DNA of 64,000 nt from a virus (Duplodnaviria > Caudoviricetes). This document shows, piece by piece, positions 56,886 to 64,000 of the stretch. Below the pieces are notes generated by a model that had not been told where the DNA came from, ran no database searches, and saw only the letters and a program-made list of their open reading frames with translations. Numbering within the stretch: position 1 is the stretch's first letter; each line of letters begins with the position of its first letter. The position numbers were made by a program, and so were the translations under genes. The stretch lies in IMG/VR virus record IMGVR_UViG_3300029288_000082, positions 97,120 through 161,119 of that record. One strand, given 5' to 3'.

Positions 56886-59627
56886 TCACCTCGTGCGCGG
56901 CGCTCCACGCCGCAGCCGCTTGGCGACGCCATCTACGGCGCCGCCCGTTCGCTCCACCGCCCGCAGCAGACGCCCCTCCATCTGCCGCACCTCCTGCAAC
57001 GCCTTGTCCAACCGAGGATCCACGCCCTCCGCTGGCGCCCCACCAGCACCACCCATACCAGGAGATCCACCCATCATCTCGCCGCCCGTCGTAGGCGCCC
57101 CCAAGGCCAAGGCGCCCTCGGGCCCCAGCTCGGGGAACCGTTGCATGATATCAGCCTGCACCGATGCTTGCGCCAGCGCCTGCGCCTCCGCCTCGTTGGC
57201 TTTGGCCTCGGACGCGAACAGCGCGTCCTCGTCGCTCAGGTGGAAGATGTTGGCCATGATCCATGGCGACGTGAAGAACGGCTGCAACGCCGCGGCCAGC
57301 GCGGCCCGCGCGTTCCACACCTCCACCTGCTGCATCTCGAAGATGGCGCTGGGCGCGCTCATCTGAAGCGCCCACTTCACGCTGTCCGGGTCGATGTTCA
57401 GCGCCGCAAGGTGCACCCGCACCACCTGATTGAGCCCCGCGATCCACTCGCGCTGCACTCTTTCAATCAGGCGAGAGAAAGCAACGTCCTCTTGAGTCAA
57501 GGCGCTCCGGTTCGTCACCTCAGTGCCGCCCAAGTACTGCGGCGGAATCCGCAATCCGCCATACAGCTTCTTGAGGAAGTACTCCATGACGCCGGTCTCG
57601 TCGTAGTCGGGACCAGCCAGCGGCTCAATGCGCGTGCTCTCCTTGCCCCCGCGCGTCGGGACAAAGAAATCCTCGGAGTTTTTGACGAAGATCCCAGCGT
57701 CCAAGGCGAAGTTGTGCCACACGTCCACGGTGATACACCCTGTGTCCTGAGTGTCAGATAGCCACTCCACGCTGATCACCTTGTGGTTTTCCGTCGCCGC
57801 AGTGCAAAACGCCCGCCAGTCATCGTACCCGGCCTGCTGCACAAACGACCGAAGGTTGTGCACGTCAAAGATCGTGCGTTTCCTGTTCGGATTCAGTGTG
57901 CGCAGCTCTTCGAAGAGCGGAGAAGACTGCACCGCCGCAGTAGCGTCGCGCATCCGAAGCGTTGGGTTCTCTTGCACCATCCTCCGCAGCTCGGGCAGTA
58001 AACCATCTGGATACTTGATCGCGATCTTCTCCGAGCGGATGGCGTTGTCGGCCTTGTGCTTCGGACTCTGATTATACACGATGAGGTGACGCCCAGAGTT
58101 ACGCGCTCGGTTGCGTCGGGCGATCTCCCCCGGGTGATCCTTGGCCCACTTCCGCACCCGCCTGACCAGCGCACCGGCATGCCGCAATCCGTGCTCGGCC
58201 GGGCTCACTACTTCCAGGTTCTCCGGGTAATTGTTGCGCCGCCGTTCGTCTATGTGGTGCACTATCATCCCTGTCGGATCACCCAGGTATGCCTCCGCCA
58301 CTAGCCGGTGCGTCTGCCCCAACGCCTTCCACCTCTCAGTGCCGCGCTCGCGGTGATCTTGGTGCACAACGTACTCGTATCCATTGTTTGCAATGCCCCG
58401 GTAGAGCGGCATCACGGAATCGCCCGGCTCCAGGAACTGTGCCTCCTTGTATGTGCCGTTTCGAAGAAGGAACTGGTGATCAGGAGTCGCGACTACCTCT
58501 TGGCAGTTGTCCAGGGTCACGCGCACCACTTGGGCAGTGCGCCGCGTGACGCCTGCCCACGAGATCTTTCCAGGCTTCACGTGCTTTGTCTCAGGATCGA
58601 TGGAGTACACGTAGTTCTGCACCCCGGCCTCGTGATCCATGATCAAGTCGCGCAAGGTGCGAACCGTGCTGTTGAGCAACGGGATGCGTGTGTCCAAGGA
58701 AAGGCACATTTCAAGCGGGTTGAACCGGAAATCGATCTTACCAGTGGCCGGGTCGACGATCCGCTTCTTCTTGTAGCGCCGCCGCACGTCATCGACCAGC
58801 GCCTTTGCCTCGCGCGGGGGGATCTCGCCAGTGTCCACGTAGAACGCGAAGCGCCCCGGCGCCTTGGTGAGCTTCATCACCAGCGAGTTGTCCTCCAGCA
58901 TGAGGATGCGCTTCCACACCCAGCGCACAGCATCGATCATGCTGAACCCGTAGAGGGCGCGCATCTGCTTCCCGCGCATGCGCCAGTGCACCACCTCCCA
59001 CGGCTCGAAGAACACCAAGCCGCCCGCCGCCTCGCGATCTTTGATGCGCTGCAGATCCTCGCTGGTGCTGATCGGCACCGAGAACATCCCGGTCGGATCC
59101 TGCACGAAGCCCACCAGCTCGCCACGGTCGTTCACGATGCGCCGCACCGTGGGCGGCGGCAGCCAGTTCAGGCCCAACACGCCGCGATCGTTCACTACGA
59201 TCTCGGCCATTGCGTTCCCATATTTACAGAAGGTGCGCACTGCGGCCCAGAGGTCGTCTTCAATGCGGATCCGGCGATCCAGCATGTCGTTGATGATATC
59301 GCGAACGATCTTATCCTTGGAGGTAGCCCAGATCACACGGCCATGCACCGCGTCAGCCACCGTGGCGCTGTCGGCGTACACGTCGAGGGCCGCCGAGATC
59401 AGCTCCGTGTCGTCCATGTTCTCGTAGTCGGCGTACCGCAGCAACAGATCCGAGTCGACCGCGAGCATGGTGGCCAGCTGCTGGTAGGGCGCGGACAGGC
59501 CGGTGTCGAGGTTGGAGGGGAACACGCGGGGCATAGCGCCCTCGCCAGAGTTGCCGCGAGCCAGGGTGGTTACCTGCCCCGTGGTCTGCCGCCGGAAGAA
59601 CCGCGCGATGCTATCCCGCCAGCCCAT
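56886..59627 (-). CDS. Portal protein (T4 gp20-like), containing an intein
   Basis: YENMD..ELISAALDVYAD, CKYGN, VVHWR, WKRILMLED, RFAFYVDTG, EDFFVPTRGG and EDVAFSR motifs. Confidence 0.95.
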   Translation of the reverse strand: MGWRDSIARFFRRQTTGQVTTLARGNSGEGAMPRVFPSNLDTGLSAPYQQLATMLAVDSDLLLRYADYENMDDTELISAALDVYADSATVADAVHGRVIWATSKDKIVRDIINDMLDRRIRIEDDLWAAVRTFCKYGNAMAEIVVNDRGVLGLNWLPPPTVRRIVNDRGELVGFVQDPTGMFSVPISTSEDLQRIKDREAAGGLVFFEPWEVVHWRMRGKQMRALYGFSMIDAVRWVWKRILMLEDNSLVMKLTKAPGRFAFYVDTGEIPPREAKALVDDVRRRYKKKRIVDPATGKIDFRFNPLEMCLSLDTRIPLLNSTVRTLRDLIMDHEAGVQNYVYSIDPETKHVKPGKISWAGVTRRTAQVVRVTLDNCQEVVATPDHQFLLRNGTYKEAQFLEPGDSVMPLYRGIANNGYEYVVHQDHRERGTERWKALGQTHRLVAEAYLGDPTGMIVHHIDERRRNNYPENLEVVSPAEHGLRHAGALVRRVRKWAKDHPGEIARRNRARNSGRHLIVYNQSPKHKADNAIRSEKIAIKYPDGLLPELRRMVQENPTLRMRDATAAVQSSPLFEELRTLNPNRKRTIFDVHNLRSFVQQAGYDDWRAFCTAATENHKVISVEWLSDTQDTGCITVDVWHNFALDAGIFVKNSEDFFVPTRGGKESTRIEPLAGPDYDETGVMEYFLKKLYGGLRIPPQYLGGTEVTNRSALTQEDVAFSRLIERVQREWIAGLNQVVRVHLAALNIDPDSVKWALQMSAPSAIFEMQQVEVWNARAALAAALQPFFTSPWIMANIFHLSDEDALFASEAKANEAEAQALAQASVQADIMQRFPELGPEGALALGAPTTGGEMMGGSPGMGGAGGAPAEGVDPRLDKALQEVRQMEGRLLRAVERTGGAVDGVAKRLRRGAPRTR
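57678..58706 (-). mobile_element. Intein in the portal (343 aa) with in-frame HNH endonuclease
   Basis: Begins CLSLDT; block B ATPDHQFL; HNH THRLVAE...VHHID...NN.PENL; ends HNFALDAGIFVKN|S. Confidence 0.92.
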
Positions 59628-59671
59628 GAGCCCTCCACCAGCAGCAGCGAACACGTGTGCGCTTGTCGCCC

Positions 59672-62600
59672 TCAGTCATCGTCGCCCCCGAAGTAGATCG
59701 GGGCCAGCAGCTCATCGCTGCGCGTCGCCCGCGTTGCCTGCCGCACTTCGCTCACGTCCACCTGCTCCAGGGGCACCAGCGGCGTCACCCATTGGTGCTC
59801 GTGCGCCACGATCTCCCCCATGGGTGTATCAGCATCCGCTCCCCACGGCAAGCGAGCCGCCCGCTGAGATAACCCGAGGACCACACCAGCAACGCTATCA
59901 GCGCAGTCCTTGGTACTGTGACGGGTGTGGTCCACCTTGCCCTTGATCCGGTCGTACTCCAGGGCGCGCAGCTCGCCCAGCAGGATCGGGTAATTGTAGT
60001 ACTCGATGCGCCGCTCGTAGATGGCGCTCTTGAGCGCGTTGTAGCCATCCATCGAGGTATCCAGGGAGAGGATCTCAGCGTGCACGCCGTGCCGCCGCAG
60101 TTGCTGGTGCATCTCCACGTACATGTAGGTGTCCGTGGACACGCCCGCAATCGGGAAGCCATGAGCCTGCAACGCGTACACGAGGTTGCGCAGGTCCGGC
60201 AGGTAGATCTGCTCACCAGGGGGCGGACGAATTGCCAGCATGGCCTCGATGATGAAGTGGGGAGCCACGTCTTGGTAGCGGTTGCCGTCGCCGTCGCGCC
60301 GCACCACTTCAACGTACCGATCGATCCTGCCCATGCAAAATCCCGTGCTATCCCCAGAGATCGACACGTCGATGTGGACCCAGCGGGGGGCACGCGGCGC
60401 CTCCCGTGGAACCCACGCCTCCTCAGTGAAGCCGCCTGGCAGCCGACGTTCCACCGGTCTGCACAGGTACTGCCAGTCCCATCCGCCCGGGCTGCCCGAG
60501 ATCCAGGTCTCGGCGCTGAACGGATGGCGGCGATCCTTCTGCACGCAAGAATCGATGGCCTCCACCCGCTGGAAGAATGCGCTGATGGCCTGTGTGCTGA
60601 TGCCAGCGATGTCGCGCAGCGAATCCTCCAGGTTGCCCTCGAAATCATCGCGGTACTCAGCAGGCACCTCAATCACCCACGCCTCGTGCTCCTCCAGATA
60701 CTCATCGTCCAGCGCATCCACCTCCTCTGGCGACAGGATGCGGCTGCGCAAGCTACTGTGGGCGCACAGCACATGGAACACCTCCCCGCAGAAGAACTCT
60801 TCTGGGCGAGCTGACCACTGCGAGTGCTCCAGCACGTACACGTCCGGATCATCCGCCGCCTCCCGGATCTTGCGCTCAGTGAACGAGTCCACCGTAGCAG
60901 CAGACGAGGCCAGCACCACCATCCCGGGGAGGTCGCCCGCCACCCGCTGGAAGCGCGACTTGATGCGGCGCACCAACGACCGGTACACCTTCTCCACGAT
61001 ATCGAAATGGGCCGCCGTCAGCTGCTTGCCCAGTGTCTGCTGGATTTGCTGGGCGTTGCGTTTGGGAGGGAAGTTGGTATTGTGCACCACACATCCGTCA
61101 GCCACGAACGTGCGGCAGGTAGTCTCGATGCTGTAGGTCTGCTCCGGGGGAAGCAAACAAACGCTCGTCACCCGATCAAGGTGGAACTCGGGGGGTAGGT
61201 CGGCAACGCGCAAGCACTCGGGACGGCATCCCCCAAGGGCGCGACCGTCCGCATGGTCCGGACCCGCACCCGCTTCTGTCGCACTCCCTCCATGAACGCC
61301 TCCGTCACGAAGGGGCCGGTCCACACGCTCGGCAGCGGCTTCGAGTTCAGAGACAGCAGGAAAGGCATGCACCGCTCCTGGGCCCACGCCCACAGCGCCA
61401 GCACCCGCGCACGATCCCGCGCCTTGTAAAAGCTCGTCTGCGACTTCGCCTCGACCAACACTTGCACCCCGTCGTCTCGGGTCACCAGAAAATCCGGAAC
61501 CGTGAGGCGCCGCTGCCCCGCAAGCGTGTACGGGATAAACTCCAGCTGATCCTCGCCCACGACACTGCGCACCCCCGGCGTCGCACACAGGTGCAGGGCC
61601 AGGGATTGCTCGCGTGACGACCGGCATGGCACCGTCCCGCCACATGGCGACGACACATGGAACCGGTACGTCCGCGTCCGATTCTGGATCGACCGCGCAT
61701 TCCCCTCCGAAATCCGCTGCCGATCCGCATCCGTGTGCGGGTGCCCCGGCCTTCCCTTGCGCACCGCACTCATCCTTGCGCGGGCCTCTGCCGAGTGATG
61801 TTGTCCCTTCCGCGGCATCGTCTACCCTCCAGACCGTTTCGTCCCCGACCTGCACCGCAGCCGTCGGCACGTAGATCAGGGTGTCACCGCGCCGCACCAA
61901 CACCGGGTGGTCTGGAGAAAGTTCCACGGCGCGAGGCGAACACGTGTTCGCAGCTTCGAGGCGCACCAAGGGTTGCACCGAGGACGCGCGCATCCGGAAC
62001 GGCACCCAGTGCCGCTGCCCAGTTGTGTGATCCAGTGCTTCCACCAGTAATCCATCGCGCGCATCCTCTCCAGCGTCCCAAAGATCTCCGACCGACCGCA
62101 CCTCAAAAGTGGCACCGTTTTGCACAGTTAGCAAGCATTTTTTACCTACGCACTCATCACAGATAGCGGCCACGACGGCCTGCCCGATGGCCCGCTCCGC
62201 ACCATACGAACCCACCGTCACCGAGATGTTGTTGGGAAACAGAGTGTAGTCGGTGGAAAACTTGGGCGGGAACCGCGCCATGAAGTAGGGCGACAGCTTG
62301 ATCTTGTCGTCCACCGCGGTCTTGAGCACCGCCCGGCAGATCGGCAGCGACTTGCTGACCAGCATCAGCACCATCTGCGTGCCAGCCCCCACGCCGAACG
62401 TGGTCTGCGGGTTCTTCAGGCAGCTCAACTCGTACAGCAGTCGGCAAAAAATTACACTGGCAACAAACGTCTTTCCATATCCGAGGCTGCCTGCCAGTAA
62501 TACCTCCCGGTACGGAGCAGAGAACAGGTTGATCAGTACATCCCGCAACTTTGGATACAGCGTGGTCATGGAGTCGCCAAGGTAGAAGGGGTCCTCTAGA

Positions 62601-62815
62601 AACTGGGCCATCGGCACCGGGATCGTGTGGTACAGCCCCTCCTCTAACTCCCGGCCCATGGCGGCCGCCACTTCTAAATCCCCCTCGACCAACAGCGCAT
62701 CGAACAGCTGCTTGGCCTCCGGGGGCAACCCCGCCAGCGAATCCTTCACCGCCCGCGTGTCGTCGCCCACCGTGCGCTCGCTGCGCCGACGCCCGTCCTT
62801 GCCCACCCGGATCAC
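59672..62815 (-). CDS. Terminase large subunit, containing an intein
   Basis: Walker A GSLGYGKT; Walker B AAICDE; coupling motif LASS; nuclease VHIDVS..GD and KVDH...TKDCAD. Confidence 0.93.
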   Translation of the reverse strand: MIRVGKDGRRRSERTVGDDTRAVKDSLAGLPPEAKQLFDALLVEGDLEVAAAMGRELEEGLYHTIPVPMAQFLEDPFYLGDSMTTLYPKLRDVLINLFSAPYREVLLAGSLGYGKTFVASVIFCRLLYELSCLKNPQTTFGVGAGTQMVLMLVSKSLPICRAVLKTAVDDKIKLSPYFMARFPPKFSTDYTLFPNNISVTVGSYGAERAIGQAVVAAICDECVGKKCLLTVQNGATFEVRSVGDLWDAGEDARDGLLVEALDHTTGQRHWVPFRMRASSVQPLVRLEAANTCSPRAVELSPDHPVLVRRGDTLIYVPTAAVQVGDETVWRVDDAAEGTTSLGRGPRKDECGAQGKAGAPAHGCGSAADFGGECAVDPESDADVPVPCVVAMWRDGAMPVVTRAIPGPAPVCDAGGAQCRGRGSAGVYPVHACGAAAPHGSGFSGDPRRRGASVGRGEVADELLQGAGSCAGAGAVGVGPGAVHAFPAVSELEAAAERVDRPLRDGGVHGGSATEAGAGPDHADGRALGGCRPECLRVADLPPEFHLDRVTSVCLLPPEQTYSIETTCRTFVADGCVVHNTNFPPKRNAQQIQQTLGKQLTAAHFDIVEKVYRSLVRRIKSRFQRVAGDLPGMVVLASSAATVDSFTERKIREAADDPDVYVLEHSQWSARPEEFFCGEVFHVLCAHSSLRSRILSPEEVDALDDEYLEEHEAWVIEVPAEYRDDFEGNLEDSLRDIAGISTQAISAFFQRVEAIDSCVQKDRRHPFSAETWISGSPGGWDWQYLCRPVERRLPGGFTEEAWVPREAPRAPRWVHIDVSISGDSTGFCMGRIDRYVEVVRRDGDGNRYQDVAPHFIIEAMLAIRPPPGEQIYLPDLRNLVYALQAHGFPIAGVSTDTYMYVEMHQQLRRHGVHAEILSLDTSMDGYNALKSAIYERRIEYYNYPILLGELRALEYDRIKGKVDHTRHSTKDCADSVAGVVLGLSQRAARLPWGADADTPMGEIVAHEHQWVTPLVPLEQVDVSEVRQATRATRSDELLAPIYFGGDDD
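61079..62152 (-). mobile_element. Intein in TerL (358 aa), inserted directly after Walker B DE
   Basis: Begins CVGKKC; block B LSPDHPVL; ends TYSIE...FVADGCVVHN|T. Confidence 0.9.
61168..61818 (-). CDS. NUMOD3 plus TnsA-like PD-(D/E)XK endonuclease, nested out of frame in the TerL intein
   Basis: GGAGG-7nt-ATG; KGQHHSAEARARMS..RKG (NUMOD3); RSSRE, IPY, PDFLV and LVEAK motifs. Confidence 0.85.
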   Translation of the reverse strand: MPRKGQHHSAEARARMSAVRKGRPGHPHTDADRQRISEGNARSIQNRTRTYRFHVSSPCGGTVPCRSSREQSLALHLCATPGVRSVVGEDQLEFIPYTLAGQRRLTVPDFLVTRDDGVQVLVEAKSQTSFYKARDRARVLALWAWAQERCMPFLLSLNSKPLPSVWTGPFVTEAFMEGVRQKRVRVRTMRTVAPLGDAVPSACALPTYPPSSTLIG

Positions 62816-62930
62816 GGCGCCCCCCCAGCACCAAGGGGGGAACCCAGCGCACACGTGTTCGCTCTAAAGACCGAACGATCGCCGGTCGTCTCCTGCGGAT
62901 TTTTCGCAGTTTTCTGTGAATCGTTCGGCA

Positions 62931-63752
62931 TCACTGCCAATCTCCGTCGTCCTGTTCGGCCAGCAGGTCGATCTCGGCCTCCACGGGCTCCCCGTGGTCG
63001 TCCTCGGCCGCCACGGCCACCGGCGTGGGCGCGCACAGGCCGTCCACGGTGTCCAGGTCCGTCCGGCCCGCCAGGCGCATGATCCGCTTCAGCAGGCCGA
63101 GCACCTGCGCGCGCTGCACGGGATCCGCGAAGGCGCGCGCCGCCCCCTCACCGTAGCGGTCCTTGATCTCCTGCAGCCGCTCCGCGCTCACCGTCAGCGT
63201 CCCCAGGTCGCGCGAGCCGGTCAGGCCCAGGTCCATTTTGATCTCGTGCATCCGGGCCACCAGGTCGATCAGCGACTTGGCGTGCCGGTCCACGTTGGGG
63301 TCAATTACCCCCGTCCGCCGCTCCATCCCGTGCGCTAAATCCAGCCGGTACAACAGAACCTCGTACGCCCGCTCCAGGCGGCGCAGGTCCTCCAGCCGAT
63401 CGTTGAATTCGCGCTGCGCCTTCACCACCAGGTGCGGGAGCCGCGGCGCGATCAAGTCCGCCGGCACCACCTCGGCGTGCATGAACAACCGCAGGTCCTC
63501 CGCCAGCGTCGCCCGGGGGATATCCGTGCTCTCCCCCTCCTCCTCCTGCACGTACCGCGCGATCTCCGGCATCGGGTACCCCGCGCAGATGCGCTCGTAC
63601 ACCTCCTGGAAGCACCGCAACCCCTTCACCCGCTTGTGCGGCACCCGCGCCAGCGACTTCCCCTTGCGCCGCCGCCCCACACCACGCTGCGCTACCACCA
63701 CACACCCCCCAGCACCAAGGACGCACACACGCCCACGCCGTTTGTCCAGCAC
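62931..63752 (-). CDS. Putative terminase small subunit (start uncertain)
   Basis: Directly upstream of TerL; N-terminal helix-turn-helix-like region, central coiled coil and acidic tail. Confidence 0.5.
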   Translation of the reverse strand: MLDKRRGRVCVLGAGGCVVVAQRGVGRRRKGKSLARVPHKRVKGLRCFQEVYERICAGYPMPEIARYVQEEEGESTDIPRATLAEDLRLFMHAEVVPADLIAPRLPHLVVKAQREFNDRLEDLRRLERAYEVLLYRLDLAHGMERRTGVIDPNVDRHAKSLIDLVARMHEIKMDLGLTGSRDLGTLTVSAERLQEIKDRYGEGAARAFADPVQRAQVLGLLKRIMRLAGRTDLDTVDGLCAPTPVAVAAEDDHGEPVEAEIDLLAEQDDGDWQ

Positions 63753-64000
63753 AAAAATTCCCGCGCCGATCCGCCATTGGTGCCGATGCCGCTTGGGCCG
63801 CTTGGGCCGCGGGGGCCGCGGGAGCCGAGGGGGCCGCGGGGGAGGATAGCGCTGGGTCGGATGCTGCCTGGTCTGATTCCTTTTGGGCTGTGGGAGGATC
63901 TACGTGGGATCGTTGGTAGCGCCCAAGGGTAGGAGGAGGGGGGAGGGGTGGGATCGGGTGGGAGGACGGGCAGTTGGGTGTAGATCGTCAGGGGGGGAAA

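Larger units (their letters stand above)
4688..62862. repeat. Dispersed 16-bp palindrome GCG(A/C)ACACGTGT(G/T)CGC, 21 copies
   Basis: Copies start at 4688, 6245, 11440, 18791, 19614, 22429, 24329 (1 mismatch), 32311, 34118, 35012, 35859, 43184, 44411, 46220, 47974, 48669, 53979, 56408, 59647, 61936 and 62847. Confidence 0.95.

Noticed and set aside
4688-62862. Palindrome copies as a CRISPR array or REP/terminator hairpins
   Set aside because: They are dispersed kilobases apart with no spacers or cas genes, have no loop or U-tract, and several lie inside CDSs.
63781-63845. 9-nt GC-rich tandem repeats (possible collagen-like or Pro-rich coding) near the right edge
   Set aside because: They are short and degenerate, and the frame and start cannot be fixed without upstream sequence.

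Overview
This is a GC-rich fragment of a large tailed-phage (myovirus-type) genome, almost entirely coded on the minus strand. Read right to left it carries a T4-like packaging and head module: putative TerS, intein-containing TerL, intein-containing gp20-like portal, two core/scaffold-like proteins, a gp21-like protease-scaffold fusion, a gp23-like major capsid protein and gp13/gp14-like neck proteins. A contractile tail module follows: terminator, 1057-aa sheath, two gp19-like tubes, chaperone, tape measure, LysM/gp53-like protein and hub. An amidase endolysin is also present. Two accessory islands (about 20.7-34 kb and 42-50 kb) hold small genes behind sigma70-type promoters sharing GTTGACAAA. 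The most unusual signals are these: (1) 21 dispersed copies of the 16-bp palindrome GCGMACACGTGTKCGC, at gene junctions, near promoters and inside CDSs in all three frames; (2) a NUMOD3/TnsA-like endonuclease gene nested out of frame, with its own RBS, inside the TerL intein; (3) a textbook -1 frameshift signal (G GGA AAC plus hairpin) in a head-core gene, in addition to the tail-chaperone frameshift; (4) a tnpB-only element with short inverted ends and a TA duplication (IS630-like rather than IS200/605-like); (5) a structured ~170-nt ncRNA candidate with its own promoter and U-tract; (6) about 15 unrelated proteins sharing an N-terminal M(R/K)xLLExLE(E)A-like leader, suggesting capsid-targeted internal proteins. 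All family calls come from recognising motifs by eye; no searches were run.
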